The position numbers and the translations under genes are program-made. The notes under the pieces were generated by a model. That model was not told the DNA's origin. It searched no databases and saw only the letters and a program-made list of their open reading frames with translations. A DNA stretch of 64,000 nucleotides from Acanthaster planci (Eukaryota). Below are positions 38,301 through 52,008 of the stretch, piece by piece. Location of the stretch: NCBI RefSeq assembly GCF_001949145.1, contig NW_019091356.1:1364789-1428788 (forward strand), given 5' to 3'. Each line of letters begins with the position of its first letter. The stretch's first letter is position 1.

Positions 38301-41300
38301 TCATATCCACATTTTTATTAACCCCCCCCAAAAGGATTACTGAGATCACCGAGCAATTGCCATGCAATGACTTTCTTCTCAGTAATGTTGGTTTTTATTG
38401 AAACCATCGTCTTATTAAAATAAATAGAAACTTCTTGAATGGTAGTATCTGATCTTAGTACTGAGTCCTAAAGGCAAAATGTATTCCTGTAAAAGGAGTA
38501 AGTGAAAAAGCTTCCATTCAGTTCAACTTTTGAAGGGCTTTTTAACAGGTTTTCTGAAAAGCCCAGTAAAAAAATGTTCCTTTCAGCCCCAAAGTGCAAT
38601 GACTATGGTGCTCTCAATAGTCGTGCCGTGTAATAGCACTCTTACAGTGCTAAAAATGATTGTTCCTCATCCCCCATACTGTGGGGTGTACTCACAAAAT
38701 CCTTGGCGGTTTTCTTTATTACTGCTGAATCAGAAAGTCGGATAATGGGATGAACCCATCCTTTTTGTGATCTACCATTGTGGAAGCTATTCTTGGGTGT
38801 TATTAGCGAAACCATAGAGCCATCGGTCCCTTTCTGCTGACCACGGCTTTTGGGCGCCAATTAGGGCTTGTCCGGCATCAATGTCACAGATCTTAATCCA
38901 GGTGGAACAAGTTTTCAGACAAGGAAGTTCTACCGGCGTTTGGGCCTTTTCTTGGTGTGGTTTGAACCGAACTGTTCCACTTTCCTGCATTCTGTAACCA
39001 CTGACCTGTCACGGATCTTGGACGGAACGATGGAACGATGACCGTCATTCTGAACTAAGTGGATTATACTGGATTTCCTGCAGTTGTCAGATGATTCCAC
39101 CAAGTCATTGCCTTCAACTGTGTTCGAACACTAGTTGTACACTATAGGGCTGTACAGTTGACCAGTGTGGTCTCTGTTTGTCTTGATTTTTGAAACTTTC
39201 GTGCACTCACTTTCAGTTTTGTCCACATATCCCTCAGAGAAAACCCACAAAAAAGTGTCAAATATGCAAAAGGACCTGTACCTGAAAACTGATTTTTGCT
39301 TTCTCTTGCAACAACAGAAGATGTTGTAATTCTTTAATATTTAAATACTGTCCGTGCCATTGAATCATTTGCTGAAAGAGGTGGAAAATCGGTTTTTACT
39401 GTCTGAGTAAACTGTCTCGAATAGTCAAGTGTAAACGCTTAAATTTACAATTTCATCTTGAAGCTGCTAAAAGTCAACACGGTTCCAAGCATACTTTGCA
39501 CTCAAACTTGTCTCCGGGCAAACATCAATTTCAATAAATATAAATTTGCTGGCAAATTGCCAAAAGCACCTACATGTATTTTTGGACTGCTGTATTTTGC
39601 CCAATTTTATCCGAAGTGGTGTCTATTATGTTGTGAAAAGAGCAGAAATATGCGTTATTACCAGGCCTTCCAAAATTTGCCCACTCTATCTTCGTATGTT
39701 TTTGTTATTATGATTATGAATGTGGGGGAAAAAATGTATTTACATGTAGGTCACAAATGATCCGCCCACCTCAAGCATTTGGTTGTAATGTGATGGTATT
39801 TTTCTTGTATTATCCTTGTTTGGGGATTCAGGCCCAAAGGAATGTTGTTGACAAACATCGGGCTTCTTGTTACTTTGTGTTTGTGTCAGAAACATTCAGT
39901 TTTGAATTCATCAAACCAACGGGTGTGAACTGGGATATGTACAAAGAGGCAGTTTATGGAAGCAGTTTGTGGGCATTTTGAAGGCAGCAGAGAAATATCA
40001 ATAGGGATCAAAGTTGATAATGTTGCTTGCTTGCGTTTGTTACCACTGCTCAAGGTTTTTTTTACCAGACAGATGTATGTGTACATTTCTGTCAAATCGC
40101 AAACGCATGTAATCCAGTTTCCAGCTTATAAGTTTTATTTACTTGGGGGGACTGGATTCAGAAATTAAACCGTCATAATTGCAGGATGTGTGGTTCACAG
40201 ATGACTGAGATGGGTACTTCTTGAGCTCAACTATTTTTAGTGGTTGCTGGTGAAGCATATTTGAGACTGCAGAACTGGGTGTGACTTGGTGTGTCCTTTT
40301 GTGTTCAATATTGGGTAAGTTGCTTTCACCAAAATGCAAACGGGGATTAAAATGAGAGGGCTTATATTTACTTCTTCTTTTTTTGGACGGAAAGTTTGGA
40401 ATTTGAGTGGGAAGCAGGGAGGGTAATGGGGTTGCCTTGATTGAAATGCAAGGCACGGTGTCTGATTAGAGGAATGATAATGCACCTCCTTTTTGGCTTT
40501 GCAGTCGGAACACCTGATGCCGTGCTTTGATGTTGGCACCGTTTCCCATTTCCCTTCACTACTCTAGATTGATGCGCCCGCAAGGCGGCTTCCTTTGATG
40601 TATTGTTAGGGCAGACTTAAAATCCATATTTCATTCCGGCTCATTTGCTGCAAGGCTGTTGAAGAATTGGCAGCCAAAGAATTTTGGCGGGATGACTGAA
40701 AAAAAAAGATGGGTGTGAATAAAGGAGGATTTTATAATCCAGATCTTTCTCTGATCTCGTGTCCTTTTTATATTCAATTTATTCCTGTAAACTTCCATTT
40801 TTTTTGGCATCCTTCATTCCAGAACTTGTATTGCCATTGGCATGATGAGCAGATAGTTATTTTTGGAAACTGCTGCTCTGACAGACTTCTAAATTGGTAG
40901 TTTGTCAAACAATTAAGTTGGTCCTGGGCATTTGGCTTCTTTGAATAACTTTGCCAGCCTTTGCAAATTGGAAAATTAAGAAAAATTCTTTGCCCCTAAA
41001 TAGGGGGACTTCAAAGAAGGCCATGTGTCCAATTATCAAAAACCGTGCTACAGAAATATCGTGACGAATATTTCATCCAGCGAATGGTTTGGAGAGGATC
41101 TAAAATTTGTGTGGGCAGGTGACTGCAACTATAAATGCAACAATATGGTACTTCCAACTATTTGCCTGAAGGATCACGGGCTTATTTTTCAATGACAACT
41201 TTCACGAATTAAAAATTGTAACTTGTCCCATTTTTCTTGTGACTTCAGAAGTAAGTCTTGATTTCCCTCCCTTTTTCCCCCAAGTTTATTTTGTCTTTGC

Positions 41301-44300
41301 AGTTGCACATTTTGTCATGGGTTGGACTTGTACCTTTCCTTGGGAACCATAGATAAATGTGAAAATGCATCGACAAATTGGACCCACTAAACAAATTTCT
41401 TGAAGTTACTACCTGATTTGTAACACATCCAAAAGATCTTTGGCTCAATATTATATGTGACAAGTAAAAAAAAAGCCTTCAGAGGACATCTTTGTCCAAA
41501 GTGGTAGAGAAAGGACAGATTTCAAGTACTGAAGACAACCAAGGCTCTTGCCAGTGGATGATGTACATGTAATTTACTAATACAGAATCTCTGTAATCAG
41601 AACAGCCTAGCAGTAGCACCCCCCAGTTTGAGGTTTCTTGCTTGTCCCCTTTGTGGGCCATGACTCACCCAACCCTGTCAATAACAACATTGCAGGGGTC
41701 TCCCTGCCCTCTAAATGGTTTTCTGTTAGTTCATGAATGTTTGTTTATCTTAGGGTTTCTGAAGCATTATACCTGGGAGAGGGGCTACTGATGGTTAACA
41801 GGTACAGGTTACTCCAGTTCGTTGCATTTCAAAACAGATTGTGGTTGACCATTGAGAGACAAAGGGGAGGAGTGTTTGGCTCTTCTCAAAGAGGATCACT
41901 CTGTACCAAACATAAGGTACATGTGACCTGAATGACCTTCCAACCCACAGAGTTGCTACATGTCATGAGTGTTTGGGCTTTGTGCTATTAAGCACACCAC
42001 AGCATAAACGTGATTTTTTTCTGGACAACCATACATGAGAGTACACATATTCTTTTCTCTAGACTCGCCTGTTTATTCCGCTTTCGAATGCTAAAAATAG
42101 AACCCCGGTTTTTCAAAACAGAGCTTTTCCCCGAACGCAGTCCCTCATTCCCATCTTCACCCATCCTCCTAAAGTGCCCCTTAATACTCAGCAAGTCCAC
42201 TTTACACCTCCTTGATAAATGATTATCTGGGAAGCATTCAGTGGTTGTTGCATTAATCTCCCGGACCTCACCACGAGCTTTCAGCTTCGCTGTGTGGAGC
42301 TCTGCGATACATGCAGATTGTGAGCCAGTCAGTTGACTCAAGAAGAAAATAATTTGTAGGGAGAAGTCTCCTTCTACATATTAGTGAGTGACGAACGAGG
42401 TAATTTGGGACAGAATATCCATGGCTCCTTTGCTGTTGTCTTTTCCTTGGTGCAGGAGAGAGTCATGTCCGATGCAGCCTTCCTTGCACAGCATGCACGG
42501 TTGTTCTAACAGAAAATAGATCAGTTGGCAAGTTGTGGCCACAGTACTTCATCATCATCTGTCATGGTTTTGTGAATTATTGTGTTCCTCACCGCTGACA
42601 ACTTGGCTCTTTAATGGAACAAGGAAACTTGGCGGTTGCGGTTATATGAACTTGAAGGGGTGGTCTTAGTGTCAATATTTCCTTCTGGCATTAACTGGAT
42701 AATCTTGGTGTAGCAAGGTTGTGTGTACAGAATTCTTGGTTTGCTCATTATATTCCTCCATGGTTTGATCTAGGGGAGAGTGCATGGCACAATGTGTTGT
42801 CGGAAAAGACAGGGTTGGCCCCATCATTGTGCTGGTTATTTTTGTTCCTGGAATCCTTTTGACTCGCTTGGTATGTGGTTAATCACTGGAAATATTCGAT
42901 AAAGAGTAAGACTCAAAGACAAAGCCAAAATATTTGAGATAAAAACCACTTCAAGCTTTGTTGTTGAAAGAGGTGTAACCATTGTGGTACTTGGAACGCA
43001 TTACTGGGTTGCTGCGCACAGGTCATGGTTTGCTTGTTTGTTTCATCCTGGTTTTATATGTTTCAGAAAGCAAACTCTGAGATTATTGCATTTCGAGGGC
43101 TGTTGACTCATTTTTATTTGAATCTTCAGATATTTTGGCAACCTTCAATCACATTTTACATGTTTTTCAGCATCCACATGGGCAACAAATGTGATGTTTC
43201 ATTCTAGAACAATACAATGGCTGATAAAAGGTAGTGCTTCAAACAAACTTGGGTCGAACAGGGAAGGAAAAAGTGAAATTTGTATGAAAATGAAATTGTT
43301 AGGAATGTGGTTTTGTGGTTGCAGTTTTACGTGTACGTGTATTTTGAAGCTTGCAGTCTGAATGCAAGGTGTCGGGCGATTCTTTGAATGCAGCAACAAA
43401 GCCACCTTATTCGATGCCGCTGGCCCAAAACCGTAAACTCCCTGCTTGTCAAAAACTTGCACCAGACATGATAGATCCCCTCTCCTCTGACTTCCTACGA
43501 ACAAAGGGATTTTTCCGGATCTGATTGAAGCGGATCTTTGCTGACCTTCAGTGTTTTGTGGAGGGAGAAGGTGTCCTTTGTATTGCATGCAATACGGCGT
43601 CAAATATTTGAGGTTCGAAGCCGCCGTTTGCCATAGAGACAGGAGTTGACACAGAGTGAGTTGGATTGTAGCGTTACTTCTGCAACCTTCAAATACATGT
43701 GCGTGACTCCGCTTGGAAGCGCAGAGCTGTTCTCTATAGTACAGATCTGGAATTTTTCATTTTCTTTTTTCTGTGCATAGACTCATCTCAGATGATGCCT
43801 ACACTGCAGCGGCTTATTAAATATGTCCTCGACAGAATCAAGAAGTTTGATTTAGTCATATCCAGGATTATATACATGTATATATATATCCAGTTGAAAT
43901 GAGTCATTTTCATGTCTTGCCTGTCAAAAGTCATGTGATGGGACTTTGACCAGGACCTTTCACAGTTTTGGAGGGGTCTTAATTAATAAAACAGTGAGTC
44001 AGCGTGTGACGCCCGGGGTTTTAAAATCAATGTCCATCTTTATGTTTTGCTAGCTTTGGGCGTGGTAAAGATACTGTACATGTAATTAATTTTGAAGTGA
44101 CAGTGTCTCTTGATGCAATCAGATGTCATACAAAGTGATGATTGTAGAACCTGTTGGATGTTTCATGTATGAAAAATTTGTGCATTCCCATTCATGATGG
44201 TTAGCAGGTGTACTGGGCATGATCCTTCTTTGAAGCTGATTTTTTTGGGTGCCATTTCAGCAGATTAGGCGTTGCAACCTCTCAGTGCTGCTGAAAATCT

Positions 44301-44663
44301 TTGTTATTGTTCACGTGCCTTGGGCGCACATTCCCACATAACCATTAGCTGTCCAAGACAAGGACCCTTGAAACATTTGTGTTTCAAATAAGCTTTTTGT
44401 TAACTTGGTAAAAACACCAAGCGTGCTTTTAAACTGATGCACCTTTAAGCAGTCGAGGAAGAGCATTGGCTTTTTAGCCAGGGTTGACCTTACTTTCATT
44501 AAAGGCCAGAGGAGTAAAGGAAATGGAAATGGTGGAATTGTTGATGTCATATCAGTTTGCAAAACAAAAAGATAATATTAACAAAAGGATAATATTTTTC
44601 CCGGAAAGAAAAAAACAAGGACCCAGTTGCTCTGCGTGGTATATGTGTTTTTGTTTGATAGGA

Positions 44664-44722
44664 TTAACCCTAAGAGTCCTCAATCCTTCACCTGTTAGAG
44701 GACTGAGGACTGTTACGGTTAA
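44664..44722. mobile_element. 59 bp TTAA-flanked palindromic micro-element (piggyBac-like termini), copy 1
   Basis: TTAA-CCCTAAGAGTCCTCAATCCT-TCACCTGTTAG-AGGACTGAGGACTGTTACGG-TTAA. 24 bp arms with 3 mismatches; 51/59 identical to 51950-52008. Confidence 0.75.
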
Positions 44723-47700
44723 TGATACAGCATATTTTGCAGGTCCCCTCAAAGAGTCCAGCAAGCCTTTTGTTGTTTGGAAGCAGATCCTACAGTAATT
44801 CCCAAGACCTTCACCTGTCAGCCAACTGACAACTGCTTGAGCCTTTTTTTTATTAATTTTCCCCCTTTATTTAGCAGCTGGACAAGAAAATGCGTGGCAA
44901 CTTTCCCAATGGAACTACAAAATCTTACTAATGTAATTTGTCCGGTGTTGTCTCTGTATACACACACATCTGCACATGTGGGTTTGGGCTTTAAATGACC
45001 TTGCAAAAATCAGATTTGGAGTTTGGTTATCTGTAGTCGTCTGTAGTATCTGAAAACCAGTCAAGAAATTTTGTCCATTAGCCCTGGCTTTGAAGAGAAA
45101 TACCAGTATGTTGCTCCACACTCGCCAAGAAATAGTGAAAGAGAAATTTGGAGATGCACATGGAAGCAAGCCATTGTAGACCCTGATGTGTTTGCCTCCC
45201 TTTTGCACTGGAGACAGACAGATGGACACCTGTTGCTCAGTTGCTGAGCCAATTTTTAAACATCCAGCCCTGCAGATTGATCCCTTGGAGTTGGTTATTG
45301 TTGCAGCATGCAGTCAACAAATTTTCTCCATTTTTGCTTCCAGCCCAAGAACTATTATGCCATCTAGTTTTTTTTTTTTCAACTAAGGTACCACTTTCTT
45401 TCACAAGAGCCGATGCCTGTTATCTCTTGCCGCCACATAAAAGAATGTGATGGAAATTAGACCCCCAGCCTGTGCCAGAGCTCGCACTTTGCTGTCGTAG
45501 CTGAGTGACTCCTCTGTCAGAACGAGAAGAATTAATTTCAGATTTTTTTTAATTTTTTTTCTGTTGATAAACGTTACGGACCATTTGCCACTGTTAACAG
45601 GGAGCATAGGAAATCAGAGTTTGACCCTTGTTGACCCATGCGGTAGTTCTGCTCGTTGTTGGTACATGTTTGTCTGCTTCAGTTGTACTTTTGCACAGGC
45701 TTCAAGCGTCCCCCCCCCACCCCGCTCACCTCCTGACTTACACCACGCCGCGGTATGGCATTTGGCGAATATTTCCCGTAAATTTGTTCCTCTTTTTGTC
45801 CCAATCATGGCAGAAATTGTTATTGACACTGTGTGAAGATTGACTGGTGTTAAGAGTGCACCAGCAAGAGATGATAATGAGGATGGTGACGTTGTGCTTA
45901 AGGACAAAAATAAAGGCAGAAAGGTCACGCAAAGTGCCCTCATAAGTCATTGTATTGCCAGCTTGGTTACTTTTCCCCCGCGATCTCGGTAAAATTTCCT
46001 GTGTCGGAAGTCCAAGTTCGGACAGTGGTCACATTTGACATTTATACCCATCGGCCGGGTATAACCCAGGGAAAAAAAGTCTGGTGCAAGCACGGCGTCA
46101 GAGAGGGATGAAAAGTATGGTGCTGGAAGTAAAAAATATGGTGGGGGTGATGGAGGTTACTCCATGCATGTTACTAAACACTCTGTGGGTACCGCTTGGG
46201 GGGAGAGGAGCTACATGGGCTTTATAGCAAGAACCCACTCACTCCTCTGGAACTGCAAGAAAACCAAACCAAGCAGAGGGGATCCCATGTTGTCTCTTGA
46301 GCCAAAGGAATATCCATTCTTGGTGGTAGACCCGGCCAGGATACATACATGGACTCTTTTGCCAATGCTGGATCAGAAAAAAACTACAATAAAAAAAGCC
46401 ACCACTTAACTACTGACTCCCAGGGTAATCTTGGACATGATTGGTACTTACCAGCAGGGCCAAAAGCCCTACTAACAAAAGTACAGATGCAGGTTAATGC
46501 TCTTACATCCCTAACTTCCCAGCTCCAACCCTTTTAGACCTTTTACAGTGTCTGGAGTGGTTTCCCCGGACAGCCAGATTCAGGGCCCTTTCATTTGTTG
46601 CGCAGACCACAGCTCCGCGTCTTCTGTGACCCCGGGAAAACTTTTCATCCCTGTGTGGGAAGGCCGTGCGCAGATTATGTGATTGGGGTTTTTGTAATCA
46701 GTAGATTAAATTCCGCTATTGTGGCCTGGTTGTGGGGCCGAACGAAGGGCAAATCAGCGGTCAGGAGTGCTTCAAGTAGATCCCCCCTCCCTGGAGGTCT
46801 TCCCAGTTGAGGACAAGGCGGGAAGTTATTGTAATTTGTATTTAATGGATTAGTTTCCCCTACTGACCAAATCAATGGCTGATTACTGTCGTCCTTTTGA
46901 GAATGCTGGCGTGGCAAGCCTGGTACACAGTTTGTACTTTTTACTTTGTATAACAGCTTGAAAAGAGGTCACAACAATTCAGTGTTGCAGGGTAGAAATT
47001 GGAACTTAAGAAAGCTGGGTGCCACCTTGAATTGTACATTATAAAACCAGCAAGAGGTTTCTGATAGCGTAAAAGGTTTAACTGGTTGACAACCTGCAGG
47101 CTGCACTGTGCTGTCCATTTTCTGACCCCAGATGAGTTTAGGTGAGCAAGAGTGTAATTGGAGGTTCTCATCAAAATGCCTCATTGTTTTGGGGCTGGCT
47201 TTTAGCTCAAGTGATTCACCAAACACAGTGGCATTTTGGCAATTTTCCCTCCAAAACTTGGCCTAGCGGTGCCTCAGTAGAGTGCAGATCATTTCGACTT
47301 GGACAGATTGTTGACCACCTGTCCATCTTTTGGCAGGTTATCATGGGATGTCGTCACTTGAAGACAGTTCGAAATAGACTTGAGCCCCCCAGGCTAGGCC
47401 TGGGCAAACATCTTTTCTTGAAAGAGACCTTGGTCAGAAATTAACCCATTTTCAGGTGGGAAATTGACATTAAATGGGATCTCCAGGGGAGTTGTCTATT
47501 GGCCTTGTAACTTAGGATGCAGCACCTGTTTTGGTGCTGTAAGTTTGTCACGCCCACCAAAAGAACACACAACCACATTTTACAGGTTGAACCAACACCA
47601 GTAATTGAAATGGATTATCAAAGGCTCCAGGTTTTCTAGTGTTTAAAATATGTAGACCCATAAATTTTGGCTGTTTGAGTGGAGAGGATTTAGGTTTTAT

Positions 47701-50700
47701 CACCTCTGAAGAACTGGCCCCATATACCAGAGAATGAAAGATTGGAATAATGGATAGGTGGCCGCAGTTACAGCACTTCCATAAAAGGTGCAGCCTCATC
47801 GCTGGGTAATTCAGGTTTTGGGACACAGTCAGATCACGGACCATTTGGTCAGATCAACTCCCAGAAATTATTATGGTGGTGTAATTTAATACTACCTGGT
47901 CTTTTGAACCCATTTGGTTCTCATTTTTCCCCTCCAATATCACTTGTGCCACTTTGTCAAGATGTCAGTAGATGTCAGTTCATGTACCATGTACATGTAG
48001 TTTGCAGATACCCGTCAGTGCACCGTTGCCAGCTACGCACCTTTTGTGTTCATTCACAAGAGTTCATAAAGCCAAGGCGATTTTTAAGGATATTGAAAGG
48101 AGGAATCGCTTCTTATGCTGGAGACATGGATTCTAAGCTCCAATGTACAGCCTGACAAGCATGCGTGCACTGTCAAAGTTCATGACCCATTGTCCTGTGA
48201 CTGCCACTTGTGCAAGACCCCAATTTTTATCCATTAATTTGATTAATTAATCGTTACCAGTATGGCCATGCCAGTTGGAATCACTGCATGTAATTTGTTC
48301 CCTTTCAGGATTTCCGGAGTTTGTGGTTTCCGAAATCCTATATTGCGAAAGTATTCCTGTTATCCTAGCATTCAAAAAACCTGGAAATACTTCAAACGCT
48401 TTTTACAAAATATTATCACCGACCCACTCTGAGACTAATCCCCCAACATGCACTTCTGTTGTAAGCTTACAAAGGGGGAAGAATTGGTGTAAGTACTAAT
48501 CGCTTCAAATCAGCGGCGTTACGCGATTGTTGTGGAAAACTGTGACCCTGCAGAATTGCCTTTGTGTGTGGGTAATTGCCTGGTTGTCTACAAAAACATG
48601 CTCTTAATCCTTGCCTTCCGGCAAAGATCAGAGATGATTGGACTATCAAACCGGAAAAAGCCCATCGTTGAATGGTTCAGCTGTGGACAAGGAGGAAGAA
48701 AAGCCACATTTGGGGGAGTTTGGATTTTTTTTTGGGTGAGAATAATTGAAAATCAACTCTGCAAAACATGCTCCTTAATCTGAGCCTGAGGTCTTCCCGC
48801 CGTGCAAATTTCAGAAGTGTCAAGCCTCATAAACCAGAGGCAAATGTTACTGAACTAACATTTGGTGAACTTGTTTTTGCAGCGAAATTGAGACATTGGA
48901 AAACAGTGGTTCTTGTTTTGTCAGGTCAGGCTTGGTAAGTTCAAGGAGTTACAGAATGGATTCTGACAAGTGAAAATAAACCACTCTGGTGAAAGTCTTG
49001 GTGTCCAAAACCCTAAAATCCAGGGGGGGGTTTCACAATAGTGGAGAAACCCAAAATTGGCTAGTTTACTGGGATTGTGTGTTTTTTAATCTTCAATACA
49101 TGTACATGTATGTTGTTCTGAAGAAAACCTAAATAACTTTACAAGAATGCTTCTTATCCTGAATGTTTTGGGGGAAACAGTTGCAACCTTTAAGTAAGCT
49201 GTTCTTTGCTTTTACTTTGTTCTTAATCTGTGATTTCAGTGATGAAATGTAGCACATTTTATTGAAATACTCACCTTTTTTGGGGGGGGGGCCTTAGCCA
49301 TGAGTTACCACCTCAGGGACATTCAGGAAACAAGGCCACTAGTACATGTAGTTGATGGTGCCGATATCAGAAAAGTTCAAATTCACGTCTGTGAAGGCTC
49401 AATGTGTAGAGCCACATTTTTTTCTTGTAGAGCACATAATGTACACAATTCCTGGAGTAAAGGGCTTCCGAAAAGAACACCAAACATTCTGTAATACCCA
49501 GGGGAGTCTTGGAACTACAAATTGCCCTTTCTCCTTATCGAAATCAGAGTCATTCCTCAGGTGTAATGACACTCTGGAGTGTTTGACGTGGACAAGAACT
49601 TCAGACCACCGTTTTCTCTGGTTACAAGTCGGGCCCTGTCAGCCCTACCCTGGGGCATAATCCTTCAACTTATTGAATGCCTGAGAAATGCCAATGTTTT
49701 AGGGGGCCCAAGCGTTTTCTGGCCGTCAACAGTTTAGATCAGAGTGGTTCACAGTTTGGCCCCCCCTCCTTCCTCGTTGACCGCGAACAGTAGCGGCATA
49801 CATGTAAGTTTGGGTGAAGCCTTGGGAGGTTTTGCCCATTCCTACAGGCTTTGCAATCTCAGGGCAGTTGTTGAAGACAAGTACACATACATGTACATGT
49901 AGCCCTACATGTAAGCAGTCATTTTGCTGGGTAAGGAGGCTGGATGTGGCTAACAAATGGGAGGGCTCTGAGGCTTACTGTAAGCTGTGCATTTGAAAAA
50001 ATTTAGAAAAAATGGAATACCCAGTTAATTACTTGGAAATGAATAAGCTTTTTCAGTTTGTCCAAACTGAAATTATGATACCAACTGTGCCATATCCTTA
50101 GAGATGTTACCGGTACCACACCCACGTCGGTATTATTGGAGAGCTACAGGTCTCCATTTCAGAGAAAATGATTCAAACCTCCTGCATGCAGCACGTAAGC
50201 AGTTGTAGAAAATTGATTTTGAAGAAAAAAACCCAGCTTCCTGGGAATTTTTTTTTCTCCAGGCATACATGTAACAACTCCCAAGCCCCTCGCCTGGTTG
50301 GGGCTCTGCCTCCAAACCTCCTGATGGCTACAGAAGTTCTACAACTCCCCCCTCCCCAACAGTGCCTACATCCTAGTGTTGCCCCTCCCATCTTGATGAT
50401 GAGCACCATACTGTATATGCTCTTTCACCCATGCCAGCACTGCACGAGAAGTACCGAGTTCATATTCACTCAGTGTTCGCTGGTTCGGACCCAAAACAAC
50501 AGGTTGATCCCATCCAGGCAGTGAGAAGCACCCTGGGGCCACACCAGCAGGAAATCTGTTAGATAATAAACAGATTGAGGCTGATTAGTCATGATTGATG
50601 GTGTGATTTGTGTCTCGTTATCGCAGGTTTGCAGATGACCAATTAACCAACTGTCAACCGCATGCATTTTGCACCAGGAAACCAACAAGTTGCTGGAACA

Positions 50701-51949
50701 AAAAAACGTTGCCCTGCCCTGCTCTTCCCTCTGTCAAAGGTGACAGTCACTCTTTACAAAGGGGCTGAGAGACTCACAGCAGGTGTTGTCGAGTTCTCAG
50801 TGAATATGGTACATCACACACAGAACTGCCTTGTGGCACTGCTACTTCGGCATGTCAAACTCTGCTGTTTCCCAGTGGTTAAAAAAGGCACCTTTTCATT
50901 TGCACAAGTGAAGGTTTGCATCGTTGCATGATTGCAACATTCTTGTCGGCACTGGTCCGACCGTGGACAGACCACATTGGCCTATGTGCATGTATGAATG
51001 TTGAATGCATCCATCCTCCATGTATTCATACACGTGTACTTTGAATGTACATGTATCAGTGTTCACATGCACATGCAAGTCTTAAAAGGTCTTCTTGACT
51101 CATCCCAAGTACCAGAAGGAGAGTGTAGCTAGTTTTTTGGGACCCTTCCTTCCCTCCACCCAACTCTGGCCGCCTCATCAGTGTGCGTGTGTATCTAGTC
51201 AATTTGGGATATCCTCTGATTGCCATGGATCGGGGATGCTGCGACCGGTGACCCGCCTCGCTTGACTTCAAATGGTAATCCTGCAGAACCTCTACGTGTC
51301 ACTGGTTGCATCCTGGAAACAGTCCCTCAGGATCCCGAAATAACCCCACTCTAATACATGGTGTGTGTTTTTTTTGGGGGGGGGGTTTAGTTAAATTTTA
51401 TTCCATACTGTAAAGTGGTTATTGCTTTTGACAATCATGACCTCACTGCAATCTCTGAAGAACTGTTTAAGGGTCTACATAAGTGTAACCTACACTGTTC
51501 ACTTTGAGAACGAATGAAGGTTTCTCTTAAGACTCCGCCATGTCTTAACCCCCCTCCCTCGTCGCTGTGATCATTGAAATGTTTTCCAGCAATCGAAACA
51601 TTTTTGTAACCACGTATGACCAACTACGTGTACTTAGCTGATAATCCAAAGCAGACAACCTTTTCACCCCCACTTATGTCCCATCTTGGCCAAGTTTTGC
51701 TGTCCCCAATCACGGCTGAAGGTATACACGTTAAACTGGTGGGCGCGCGTCTTCCATATGCAGGAGAACATTACCAGGCAACACATTTTGCCAGATGTAA
51801 GTCTGCGTTTGCTTTCAGGCTAGTTAGTAATGCTGTTTACCACTGGTACTACGCTAACGAGCAGAAGGTATCTACTTCGGTGTATTTGGATGAACCAGTG
51901 CAGTTTCCATGCCACCGTCAGATCTATTTTATTATGGCGTTTCCTTTGC

Positions 51950-52008
51950 TTAACCCTAACCCTCCTCAATCCTTCACCTGTTGGAGGATTGAGGAGGGTT
52001 AGGGTTAA
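51950..52008. mobile_element. 59 bp TTAA-flanked palindromic micro-element (piggyBac-like termini), copy 2
   Basis: TTAA-CCCTAACCCTCCTCAATCCT-TCACCTGTTGG-AGGATTGAGGAGGGTTAGGG-TTAA. Perfect 24 bp inverted repeat; CCCT...AGGG ends inside TTAA. Confidence 0.8.

Noticed and set aside
51616..52002. 128 aa ATG-initiated ORF in the Sema5 intron
   Set aside because: No recognisable domain, and it runs into the palindromic micro-element; its length is compatible with chance.
51951..52004. Interstitial telomere repeat (TAACCC / GGGTTA pairs)
   Set aside because: Only two units per arm, and the sister copy at 44664 lacks them; better explained as the element's inverted termini.
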